From contig NW_024704742.1 of NCBI RefSeq assembly GCF_018977255.1, forward strand, positions 113,772,001 through 113,836,000: a DNA stretch of 64,000 nt, given 5' to 3'. Below the pieces are notes generated by a model. It did not search any database, was not told the origin of the DNA, and saw only the letters and a program-made list of their open reading frames with translations. The position numbers and the translations under genes are program-made. This document shows, in pieces, positions 26,501 to 37,610 of this stretch; position 1 is the first letter of the stretch, and each line of letters opens with the position of its first letter. This DNA is from Callorhinchus milii (taxonomy: Eukaryota).

Positions 26501-26850
26501 ATGGACAGATCAGAGGATTGTGCCACATAAATAAATTTATTTGGCAAATTCAAGTGCTAGAACACCCACTAATGTGGTTAAACCTCCTAACACATAGACA
26601 CAATTCATTATTGCTATAAAATGCCATACTGAGAAGGGACTAGTTGTTTCCGACGTATACAAATTTAACCGATGTGCTCAAATTACACTAGCAGTACCAG
26701 AATCTTCCGTGCAAAGGTGTGCAGGGAACGCAAGTAAAATTAAAAACTCAAAGTGGAATTTATTTTCTGGTTAGCTGGGTGTCTGACACACGTGGAAACC
26801 CATGACCATGCTTAAGAGTATCCAAACCAAGCTGAGATTTCCGTGCATCC

Positions 26851-26997
26851 GTTTGTGGGACACTGCTGTGTGCAATTGGCTGCCGTGTTTCGCCTACAAA
26901 TATACAGTCAATTCACTTTACAGTATATTCTGTGAAGCGCTTTGAGTCATCTAGAAGACGTGAAAAGCGCTATATTAAATGCAAGGATTATTATTAT
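26851..26997 (+). mobile_element. 5'-truncated SINE nested in the unclassified repeat
   Basis: Core plus tail only; the host repeat continues on both sides. Confidence 0.85.
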
Positions 26998-27039
26998 CCC
27001 ACCTACACATGGAAATCCCAGAGATGTTGGACTTCCTTG

Positions 27040-27357
27040 AATCCAAAATCGAGGGGAAAATCCAGCACGGAAACAGCCCTGATAAAACTCACTAATGACA
27101 TTCTGAACATCTGCAACCATTGGCGGGCGGGCCTTCAGCCACTCTGCCCCCATCCTCTGTAACTCCATCTTGTAGTCCCTTCGCCTCACCCCCTCCCTTG
27201 GCTCCTTCAAGACCCATCTCCAGACCCTCTTCTTCAACCATGCCTTCGGTCATCCTCCTTCCGCCCCACCCTCCCCGAATAACTAATTGTCCAGCGCCTT
27301 GGGACGTCCTCCCGACGTGAAAGCCGCTATACAAACGTAATTTTGTTTATTGTTGTT
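27040..27357 (+). mobile_element. L2 fragment with a large internal deletion
   Basis: STETALIKLTNDIL (RT) is fused directly to the terminal ORF2/3' UTR and an intact tail cttgggacgtcctcccgacgtgaaagccgctatac. Confidence 0.85.
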
Positions 27358-28999
27358 CATGGTTCCAATGGCCTCTACTCCCACCTTCTCACAGTCACGT
27401 GTGACATCCCTCAGGACCTTGTCTTTGGTCTGTTCCTTTCCACCATCTATATGCTCCCACACGATAACGTTAGCCACGGTTCATTTCCATAGATAAATGG
27501 ACCATGGCTAATGGACCCAACTTTATTTCTTTGCCTCTTCCCAGTCCCAGCACCTCACTCTCCACATTAAAGGCCACTTTAGACCTTTTGACCATGGTTT
27601 TCATCACCATCCCCCCCCCCCCCCCCCCCCCACCTCAGCTCTCTCCTTTGAAGCTTGGGTGCCAAGTCAGCTGTGTGAAGTTGTTAGAGACATTCTTCCT
27701 GTAATTTGTATAATTTGGTATAAAATCCACTGTCAAAAACACCAAATCAAGACTATATTGAACAGCAAACCAAAGTTTCAAATCCATTTCAAACAACTTA
27801 GAAACTTCATCTGCCTCTAAAATCATTAGTTTTCATATATCGGTCGGTAAAGAAAAATGTTGAATTCATTTACTACTTGCTTTTGAGTAAGGCACCATTA
27901 CAAATTAACTGAATAAGATTCTGAATGGTTGTATGAGTTAAGGGATTCCTTTGGCTAATAGTTATGAGTACGTAACAGGTTATAGATTAATTTATTATTT
28001 TGTGGTTAAGATTAGATCCTTTTCCATTTATATTTGGTCAAAGCATGTTATTTCAATGTAACTTATATGCCCTGCTATTTTAAGCTCAACACGTTGACCT
28101 AAAGTGGGAAACGATCTAAAAGAAGTGAAGTTTATTCAGTGTTTTTATTTTCAGGTATTGCCTCAGGAATATAAAATAAACTAAGCCAACCACAAAATAT
28201 ACTTACATCTAGCTGTACCTCTCCTAGCCAGTAAAAACGAAACATAAAGTAATTTTGTTGTAAGACCCAAATGTACTGTGATAAAACTTAGAATGAAAAG
28301 TACCGAAAGAATGTATCAAGTTTAATTCTAGCAGAAACTTCAATTTAATTTGTAGGCACTAGATAGAGATCTAACTCAGGCTTCTTCTTTTACAGTATAG
28401 GTCTACCTTATGCAAGTTTTCATCCAGAACTCAAGAAGATATAATTGTGGAAGCACCAAGTTTATAAGATAAAAAGCAGTTTATTATTTCAAGCATCTCT
28501 GCTGTTTATCTCATTGACAGTCACTACACTGCAACAATGATAACCATTAAAGGTATGTGTATAGTTTGATGAATATGTGTTGCAGTGTTATATTATTTGT
28601 ACTATTTCAAATGTATTTAATACGCTTCATAACCTGATACACCGTAAAACAGAAAGAATAACTAACATCTGAAATTGACTACAGACTACAATTCAATACA
28701 TTACACAAGTAAAGTTGAAGCAGTCAATCAGGGTTATTTCAATTCAAAACCAGTATCTGTTCAATCCTTGTTTGCTTATTGCTTATTGTACAAGTGTGGA
28801 TGTGGAGAGTTTCATTCAGTTTAGTTATTTCTTTGCTATTAACGTGCTTCATATTTTGATACATTATGATGCTCTGAGGAAGGCATTTACGAATTTTTAA
28901 TGAATTTTTTTGCAGTCCAATTTCATACTGTAACCATGAACTACATGTATATTATAACAAGAGTACATTATGTAAATCTCTTAAATGCGTAACATTCAC

Positions 29000-29385
29000 A
29001 ATAAGTGTCTTAAAGTGCCTTGCAGTATTTTACTGTGAAGTGCGGTGACACTATATTTGTAGGTGAATGCGACACCCAACTTGTGCACAGGAATGTCCCA
29101 CAAAGTGCCATAAAGTGTTTTGTTTGGGGGATAACTGCCCAGAACACCGGGAAAAACTTCTCTTTTTATCTTTTCGAATAGTTCCATGGGATCTTTAACA
29201 TTCACCTTAACAGGCAGATGGGACCTCAGTTTAACGTCTCTTCTGAAGGACGATACTTCAAACAATGCAGGACACCCCTAGCACTGCACTGAAGTGTCAG
29301 CCTAGAAATGGTAAGAAAATCTGCGACTTTGAGCCCACAATATTCTGACTGGCATGCGACAGTGCTACCGACTGAGCCAGGCTGA
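29000..29385 (-). mobile_element. Older Deu-SINE with long Deu domain (SacSINE1/AmnSINE-like), near full length
   Basis: Minus strand: tggctcagtcggtagcac head, ctaggctgacacttcagtgcagtgct, gagacgttaaactgaggtcccatctgcc, gttaaagatcccatggaactattcgaa, tgtgggacattcctgtgcacaagttgg. Family assignment is from recalled Deu-domain motifs. Confidence 0.8.
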
Positions 29386-29869
29386 CTGCTACTCCCTTGC
29401 TCCCTTGCCTCAACTCAGCACTATACAGTATTAAGTAAAGTCGGCTTGCATTGCAGCAGTAAAATAAACAGACTCCATATTGGGTAATGGCTAAAGCCAA
29501 AGGCTTACCAGCTGTAAGAGCACAATCATCAATTCAAAATCCAGATGTTTGTCTACAGTCCAAGTGCAAGTTTCTTCCACAGCACTGCAGTATAAGTTTT
29601 ATTCATGGAATGTTTTCTGAAAGCAATTACAAGTTCTATCACAGAGAACATAACTCCACGATTCTTTTAGAAACTATTCTCTGAAGAGTTTATTCTCCAA
29701 CTAGGAGAGAAAATCTTTTTCTCTCCTAGTTGTGGTAAGGTGAAATACTTGAGACATGAGACACCAACTCCTGAGAGTACCAGTCTGTCTCCGTCACAGC
29801 CAGGTGAGAGTCACATGCAGAAACATATCACCATGTTTGAGAGTATCCAAACCAGAGTTCCACATATAT

Positions 29870-30181
29870 ATAATAATAATCCTTGCATTTGATATAGCGC
29901 TTTTCATGTCTTCTAGACGTCTCAAAGCCTTCACAGAATATACTGTAAAGTGAATTGACTGTACATTTATGGACGAAACGCGGCAGCCAATTGCGCACTG
30001 CAGTGTCCCACAAACAGTCGTGGATTGAGTGGCCAAATTGTTATTGCTTTTTTTTCTTGAGGGATTATTATTAGGCACGTAGAGTAAGGAAACTTGCCCA
30101 AAGTTTCACCCTGCTGGGAATCGAACCCGGGTTTCTCACTTGCAAGGCTAGTTCTCTAACCACTGAGCTACAGGACTCCAC
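29870..30181 (-). mobile_element. SINE, full length, nested in the unclassified repeat
   Basis: Complete head, core and tail; the 5' end ccactgagctacaggactc is locally duplicated at ~30184-30202. Confidence 0.9.
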
Positions 30182-30699
30182 AACCACTGAACTACAGGAC
30201 TCTGCGTATGCCACCTACATATGGAGATTTCCCTGTTTCTGGATTGCAATACGCACTCTCACACTCTCTCCCTGGAAGGACACACGATGCTTACCTAATT
30301 CCGAAGAATAGTTTGCACTAGTTGGCAAGAGCCAAGTTTTGGGGACCCCAGAGTGTATGTGTTTTGTTTTGGTCAGCAAGGCTTCTGACACATGCAGAAA
30401 CCCATCACCATGCTTAACAGTATCCAGACCAGACTGTGACGTCTATGCACGTATGCCACCTTCATTTGTAAACTTATGTGTCAGGGATGTCATTTCATTC
30501 TCTCTGTGGAGGTACATACCCTGCTTATCTACTTGCAGTGAGTATTACATCAATAATTTATATTTATATAACGCATTTTAAGTTGGGAGGAAGTCTCAAT
30601 GCGCTTTACACAGCTCAGAAGCAGCTAAGCGTGATCTAAGGCTTAAGGGTTCCAGCATGTGAGTTAGGGTATTACTGGAGTGTAACCAGCTAAAACGAC

Positions 30700-30832
30700 A
30701 GAGCTTGCCATTGCGTTTTGCCCACAAATATACGGTCAATTCATTTTACACTCAATTCTGTGAAGCGCTCTGAGACGTCGAGAAGACATGAAAAGCGCTA
30801 TATCAAATGCAAGGATTACTGTTATTATTATT
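30700..30832 (+). mobile_element. SINE 3' fragment
   Basis: cccacaaatatacggtcaattc...gacgtcgagaagacatgaaaagcgctatatcaaatgcaagg. Confidence 0.8.
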
Positions 30833-32860
30833 AAGAGCACTGTCTGACAAGCTTCCCATTGCTTGTCCAGCTAGGACCACGCTACTCATTAGGGCCTTTG
30901 CTTGTAAGGTTAACAAGAGCTGAATGAAAAGAATTCCTGCTCCCAGTCACAGTGATTGCTGTCTGGAACAGTTAATGCCAATAGATCATGAAACAAGAGT
31001 GTAGCAATAGGACCACATATAATGCACCCATATAGAAACTTTAAAGTATAACCTGGACTATTTGAAAACTTCAGGAGTAGCGAATGCAACAAGTCAAGGT
31101 TCAATGATTTAAAAAATGCCACTGAAAATGAAGAGCCAATATGTGCACTGTACTCAGTAGGTACAAAATCCTAGCTCTACTGCAAGAGGAGATAGAGCGA
31201 TATTATTATATTATGCCTTTTAAGTGAACAGTGAATATCTCTGAAAATTAATTGCCCAGGTAGGACAGTCTACGTTATGCAATTAAACATTTGCTGCACT
31301 TGCCATTGTACTATTACTGTTCGAATGTTCCCTTATAACTTCCAGAACACCAACACCACTGGAATATTATTTTGTTAATATTCTATGAAAACATTTTTTG
31401 CAAGCAAGCTATCCCAAATATTGAAGGCAACTAATAAAATTGTCTGGTATCTCTTGGCAATACATGAGCAAGTAACTGCATGTTTGCTGACATCGATCAC
31501 AGGCTAAATGTGAGACAATGCCTCAGTGTTTATTTAGGTGGCAGCGGTTTGGCTGGTTAATCTGGAATCTTTGGCGGCCTCCCACTAGGTCATGCGTGTG
31601 GGTGGCCTAGTTTGCACTGCAGCTGGTGGTAAGACACAAGTGCCTGCCTCTCTGTGCACCAATCCCACTAAAGTCACTGTTGTTTTAATGTTGTGGTTTA
31701 TAGCTTATTTAGTCCTTATAACAACTGGAAACCTGTCTTGCGGGCAACGTTATTACCAGGTTTATGACTCATGATCCCACCACCTGTTACAATGTTCAGT
31801 CATTATAGCGCCACTTTTCCACAAAATAAATACTGTAGAGCAATTAAAATAAAACTATGACATACAGAAGGTTATCTTTCACAAATATCTTTTTAAAATC
31901 ACAAAACAGTAGCAATATTCAAATGCCTGGAACAATGCAATGTAATGTTCCAGCGCCCCGGGATAACTTTCCAACATGAAGGGCGCTATACAAGTGTAAT
32001 TTGTTGTTGTTATAATAAGACACGTTTCAAAGTGATTTCTCTAGATAAGTACTCAAAACTGTTCCCTTAGAACCAGTTTCATTTTTTGATTGCCAGAAGT
32101 AAAAGAATTTTGAGTTAGATGTTCTCAAAGGGCAAAGTATTTATGAGAGGTGCAAGTTTTTTGTACCAATGTACATCAGGACCAAATACTTGCAACAGTT
32201 CCGAACCACTGCTTTCTCCTTTAAACTAAGAAATCACACTTAACTCCCATTTATCTTTTCCAGTTTGAGATGGAACAAAGAAAACAGACAATTTATTATG
32301 AAATAATTCTGTAGGATCCCATGAATATGTCAACCCAACTTAATGATGTGATGTTTCATGCAAACGTGTCAAGTCCATGATTCCTCCATGCACTGAAGGC
32401 GGAATGGTAGAATGCTGATTGTGGAACACGATATGAAAACACTTGTGCATGTATATACAGATAGAGATGAAAATCATATCAATTATCAAATATACTCATT
32501 ATCAATCATATATGATGGGCATTTTAAAGGTCAGGATTGTGTAAATATTAATCATATTGATGCAGGTAATGGTGATTTGAATTCACTCTTGAACTAACTA
32601 TCATTAAATATCTGAAGCTGTGATTAATTCTTAAGTGATACAGATGTACATTCTACTACAAATCAACTTCAGGGTTGTGCAAGCCTGGATATCACCACCA
32701 AAAGAGCAACTTAAAATTGATGTTTTTAACTAATTTATTTTGTGCATGGAAAAAAGTAAACACCAAACTCTATTTTGGCAAATGATTGCTACTATATCAT
32801 TTCATATGCTTAAACTGAATGATTGCATTGATGGGTACAAAACAGAAGAAAAGTACTCAC

Positions 32861-33051
32861 AGAGAAATCTTGTAAGACCTTCTCATAAGTGAAATTGAGC
32901 ATTTCATCTGCATCACCATGTTTAGAGATATCAAAGCTGTAGTTTCTTGTTCTTCCTTCACCTGATGTCAGTGCTTGTCGTAGTTCAGCCAAATATTTCT
33001 CTCTTTCCATTTCGGCTTCATTTGCTTCTACAGTCATTTGCGTTTCTGAGA
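32861..33051 (-). CDS. XRCC4: XRCC4 exon 3
   Basis: Acceptor tgatag|TC completes the Val codon from exon 2. Encodes VSETQMTVEANEAEMEREKYLAELRQALTSGEGRTRNYSFDISKHGDADEMLNFTYEKVLQDFS (human [31 protein letters not shown]...FEKNLKDVS). Donor TCT|gtgagt. 191 nt; 139+191=330 nt, phase 0. Confidence 0.95.
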
Positions 33052-33499
33052 CTATCAGCAAAAACAAAAAAAAGGCAGGCAAAATATTTTAAGGAGGTTT
33101 TACTATTAACTTTATCGATCTTAAGAATTCTGCAACAAAATAAACTCTTGATAACAAGACATATAACTTATCACAACCAATTAAGTGGTTGACATATGCT
33201 ATCAATATCCCATTCACTTCCCACAACAAAATGGTAATAAGACACTTTGATTTACTTGTCACTCTGCTTAACATGTTTCTAATTGCATTCTAGAGATTCT
33301 TGAAAGTACATACAGTGTAAAATTGATAATTTGTCCTGTAAGATGGTGTCTTGCAATGCCTCCTCCACATTATTGTCCTCAGTAAGTAAGGGTCACTCTG
33401 CTGTTGTATATAAGGCCATTTTCTCAAGAAGTTATAGAATGATAGAAATTACATCTTAGGAGGAAGCCATTTGACGTATTAAACCTAAATTAAAGATTG

Positions 33500-34535
33500 A
33501 GAGGGAAAAGATGGAGGGGTTTCAGGATGGAATTCCAGGGAAAGGGATAAGGGGCAGAATAACTGAAAGCTTGTTCACCAATGATGGAGTGGATCAGGCA
33601 GGGGATGTGAAGTAGGCCAGTGTTTACTGATCACAGGGAGTTGCTGGGCAGTTGGGTTGCAGGAGATGGCAGAGGTAGAATGGGTCTAAACTATGGAGGC
33701 ATCTGAAAATTAGAACAAAGTTCTTAAATTTAATTTGCTGGGGGATGAATAGCCAGGTGGAGCCAAGCAAGGATGAGGCTGATGGGCTCATGAAGCCTAT
33801 TGCTGCGAAGGACATGAGCTGCGGAGTTCAGGATCGTCTGCAGGTTGTGCAAAGATTTGGGGAGTCCAGTGAGGAAGACGTTTGAATAATTAAGCTTGGA
33901 CATAATGAAGGTGTGGATGAAGCTTAGTGAGTGAGCCCAGATGTAGGGTTTGAAGTCACGGATCAAACAAGGCATAGTGGTTTTGACCAGCTCCGTGAGT
34001 TGGAATGAGCATCTATGAAAAGTCGATCCTTTCAGCATCTGAGGTGAGAAGATGCCTCTGTCTGGTTGACATTTAGTTGTAAAAAGTTAGAACTTATCCA
34101 ACTTGTCTGACAGGCAATTGGTCAGATCAGCATTGATTATTGAATTGAGGACAGAGCAGAGATAGCAGAGATAAGAGAGCAACAGAAATACTACAACAAC
34201 AAGATTTCATTTATAGAGCGCCTTTCACGTTGGGAGGATGTCCCAAGGCGCTGGACAGTTGGGTTGGGACCCGAGCAGGGGGGAAATGGTCAGGGTGAGG
34301 GGAGGGAAGGGAGGGAGCGAGGAGGGGGTAGAGAGTCGAGAGGGGAGCTGAAGGCACGGTTGAAGAGAAAGGTCTTGAGACCTACCTTGAAGAAGGAAAG
34401 GGAGGAGGCGGCGAAGGCACTGGGGGATGGAGTTCCAGAGCCTAGGGGCTGAGAGCCAGGCCACCGATGGTAGGGCGGTTAGGGTGGGGGATGTGGAGCA
34501 GACCGGAGCAGGAGGAACGGAGGGTACGGGCAGGT
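33500..34535 (-). mobile_element. Two L2 fragments in XRCC4 intron 2 (older 33500-34160; younger 34190-34535)
   Basis: IHTFIMSKLNYSN and IKFKNFVLIFRCLHSL motifs; APRLWNSIP plus the typical tail. Confidence 0.82.
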
Positions 34536-34720
34536 AAGTAAAGTTCAGTAATCTGATCACATGAAGTAATATGTCCACGCAAATAGTGACATAAGAATAG
34601 AATTAGATTTACACATTATAAATATCTGACTGAACAATTTTTAAACTCAAATTATTTTTCAAGAAATAAATAGAATCACTACTTAATAATGAATATAGTA
34701 TTCAAATATTGAAAATATAC

Positions 34721-34859
34721 CTTTACCACTCCAAGCATGTTGTCCATTCCAAAGGGTCACAGTGAAACCTTTTCCCAGGTCTGTCTCCCAACTGATATGA
34801 AGATAATGCACAAAGTCTGGCACAGAGAGTGGCCAAATCCTGCAGACATGGCTCTCCAT
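34721..34859 (-). CDS. XRCC4: XRCC4 first coding exon (exon 2; whole exon 34721-34881 including 22 nt of 5' UTR)
   Basis: Translates MESHVCRIWPLSVPDFVHYLHISWETDLGKGFTVTLWNGQHAWSGK, matching the XRCC4 N-terminal head (human [45 protein letters not shown], from memory). Acceptor tttttcctctttcag, donor AAG|gtatat. 139 coding nt, ending in phase 1. Confidence 0.95.
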
Positions 34860-35755
34860 TCCTCTTCTGCCTTTCAAATTTCTGAAAGAGGAAAAACAGA
34901 ATGAAAAAGGATAGCATCAAAAAATCCATTCTCTGTCAAAAGATTACACATTCAGACATGTGTCACTGTGATATTGGTGTTCCAGGACATTCACGGCATC
35001 GACCTACTGTTCTGAAAGCCCAGATTTTTTTTTAGAATATTATACTGAATGTAATTCCTATCAAGTTATTTTTTAAAATGAACTTGTTTTTATATTGCAT
35101 TTGTATTTAAAACTTAGTTGGGTGCGATAGATTGATTAGACATGCAACCGTAGAAATTTATACCATGGAAAGAGGCCATTAGGCCCATCAAGTATGTGCT
35201 GGTTTTGTTGTTGTTGCTGGTTCTTTAAAAAGCAATCTTTTCAATTCCATTTAACTGCCTTTCCCTATATCACTGTAAAGTACTTCTGATCAATCTTTTA
35301 ATTTATCCTAGATCCTGAACTTTGCTGCAGTGTCCTGTTACATCAGTCAAATTGAGGTTAGATATCTCCAGAAGGAAAGAATCAAAGGCAAGTTCAAAGA
35401 TGAGCACCCTCCTCAGGCCAGTTTTATGCCAGGTAACAATAACAGCTTCTATCTATATAACTTCCTTCACACAGGTAGCATCTCAGAGTTCTTAAAGTAT
35501 AAAAGTTAATATGTAGCACTGGCAGATAAACAATAAACTTGCAGTTAATATGGTACTTTTATAAAATGTCTCAACGATTCACAGAGTGACATAATTGTGA
35601 TTATTTGGGTAAAAGGTAAAAGAAACAGCCAAATGGCAACACCAAAATCCCAACAGATACAATTACACATAAGGTAAAATTAATCTGTTCCACGACAGTC
35701 AACACTAAACTCACATTCCTTATTTGTCAGTAAAGTTTAGTGAAGTCTGCCTCAA

Positions 35756-35993
35756 AATGACAAGAAGAGCTGACATCAAAGAATCAAAAAGCACCGCTGC
35801 TATGAATGCCTGGCTGCCACAAGCCAGTTATCCCTGAGGTAACTTTTCTGATATATTCTCCTTAAACTTAAAAAGCCAGAAGAATCGTGAGGTCCCCACA
35901 TTCACAGTTTGTATTCATTTTGAAAATCAATATCAAGCGAGCTCTTGCCCTTCTGCTACACAAGATATTTTTGTCCTCCCTGAGTTCACCTTA
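35756..35993 (-). pseudogene. 28S rRNA fragment (domain V region), decayed
   Basis: Plus strand reads aagagctgacatcaaagaatcaaaaagc...gccacaagccagttatccctgaggtaacttttctga...tgaaaatcaatatcaagcgagctcttgcccttctgct, the reverse complement of conserved 28S sequence, with many CpG-type transitions. Confidence 0.9.
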
Positions 35994-36569
35994 ATGGCCC
36001 ATTAATCGTTTTTCTGGGTTAAGGAGAAACGTTGATGGAAATACTTGGAAAATTCATCGCTCTTCAAAAGTCCACCTGAACACCTGTCAGAAAAGGAAGG
36101 TGGAACCCTCAGTCTAACATCTCATTCGAAGTGGAGCATCTCCAACAATACGGCATTCCCTAAGTGGTGCACTGGATGGCGATTTCAAGTCTACATTACA
36201 AATTCTCATCTTAGAAACCATTGTAAGGTGTTTGATGACGAGAACAAGAAAAGGCAAGATGACAAAAAAGCAAAATAATTCCCTCCCGTTTTTTGCTCTT
36301 TTATGCACACTTCAACAAATAATCACCACAGAAACTATCTTGAGAGAATTACATTACCTTCACTGACTCCTAATAATCACTTCTACAGTTGTCACAATAA
36401 AAGGATAACTTTACTTCCTTCCCCTCCCACAACTGGTACAGAACACATCTATACAAGACTCAATTGTCTCATCATGTGGGTAATTATTAAACTTAAACAA
36501 AGAGGTACAAAACAATCACACAAAGAGAAAAGGGCCAAAAATGTAATTGCTTATATGTCCTCATTCAAC

Positions 36570-37610
36570 TAGAACAATTTACACTCACGTGGCTCCTTTC
36601 CAAATAGGAAGAATGCCTCAAGGCGCTTTACAAAAACTGCGTGGGAGCCAAACCTGGGAGGGTAGGGGGGACAAGAGTGTAACCAAAGCTAAAGAGATTT
36701 TTTGTGTGGAGCCAAGTGTGGGAGAAGAAATAGAGTGGGGAGTTCTGGATGAAGGATTCAGCTGGAGAACCAGAGAGCATGGTACTGGAAAGGTCAAGTC
36801 TGGAGGTGACAAAGTAATGACAAAGATGTGGATAAAGGATTCACAGGAAAGGTGCTATCTCAAATGCAAATTACTAGTACATATGATTAATATAATTAAT
36901 TTTGAAATAGTTTCGATTCTCATTGTAGTGTTCAGAACTACCGCCATTTCTATGACGATATCAGCACCTTCTATAAGCATGTACATGACACTGAATACAT
37001 AGCTGGTTGAGCAACATTAAAAGGCAATTTTCTTCAGTGGCATACAGGTACGAATGCATCCACAACAGGACACATTTATTGATGCACAGCTATTTCAATT
37101 GTGATTGGACAAAGAAAAAACATAAGTGAGAAAACAATGCAAACAATGCAAACTATAGTTCTTGATGTCAGTGAACAAGCCTTCACTGCATGACAAACAG
37201 CAAATCGTCTATCAGACATCCTCCTGATGTAAAAGGTGTAATACCAAATGCAAGGATTATTATAAGTGTCAACTCCCTTGGTCTCACGAAGCACATGCAA
37301 AACAATGGAGTTTCCTGAAGTGCATGGCCATGCAATGAGCAGCAAAATTCAATGTTATGATTAACTGCAGTGTGTCTTAAAGCATTTCGCAAGATATACT
37401 ATAACAACAACTTACACTTATATAGCATCCTCCCACGCCAGGCGGCGTCTCAGAAAGCTTAACAATGGTGGAGCCCAAGGCCGAGCCAAGGGGAAGGGGA
37501 AGGTGACCTTAGGAGCAGTCGAAAAAGAAAGTCTTCAGGCATGACCTGAAGATGGGGAAGGAGGGGGGGGTGACGGGTTTGAGGGAGGGAGTTCCAAAGT
37601 TTTGGGGCGA
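36570..37610 (-). mobile_element. Diverged L2 fragments (36570-36845, ~37200-37245, 37400-37610)
   Basis: L2-type tails and 3' UTR pieces. Confidence 0.65.
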
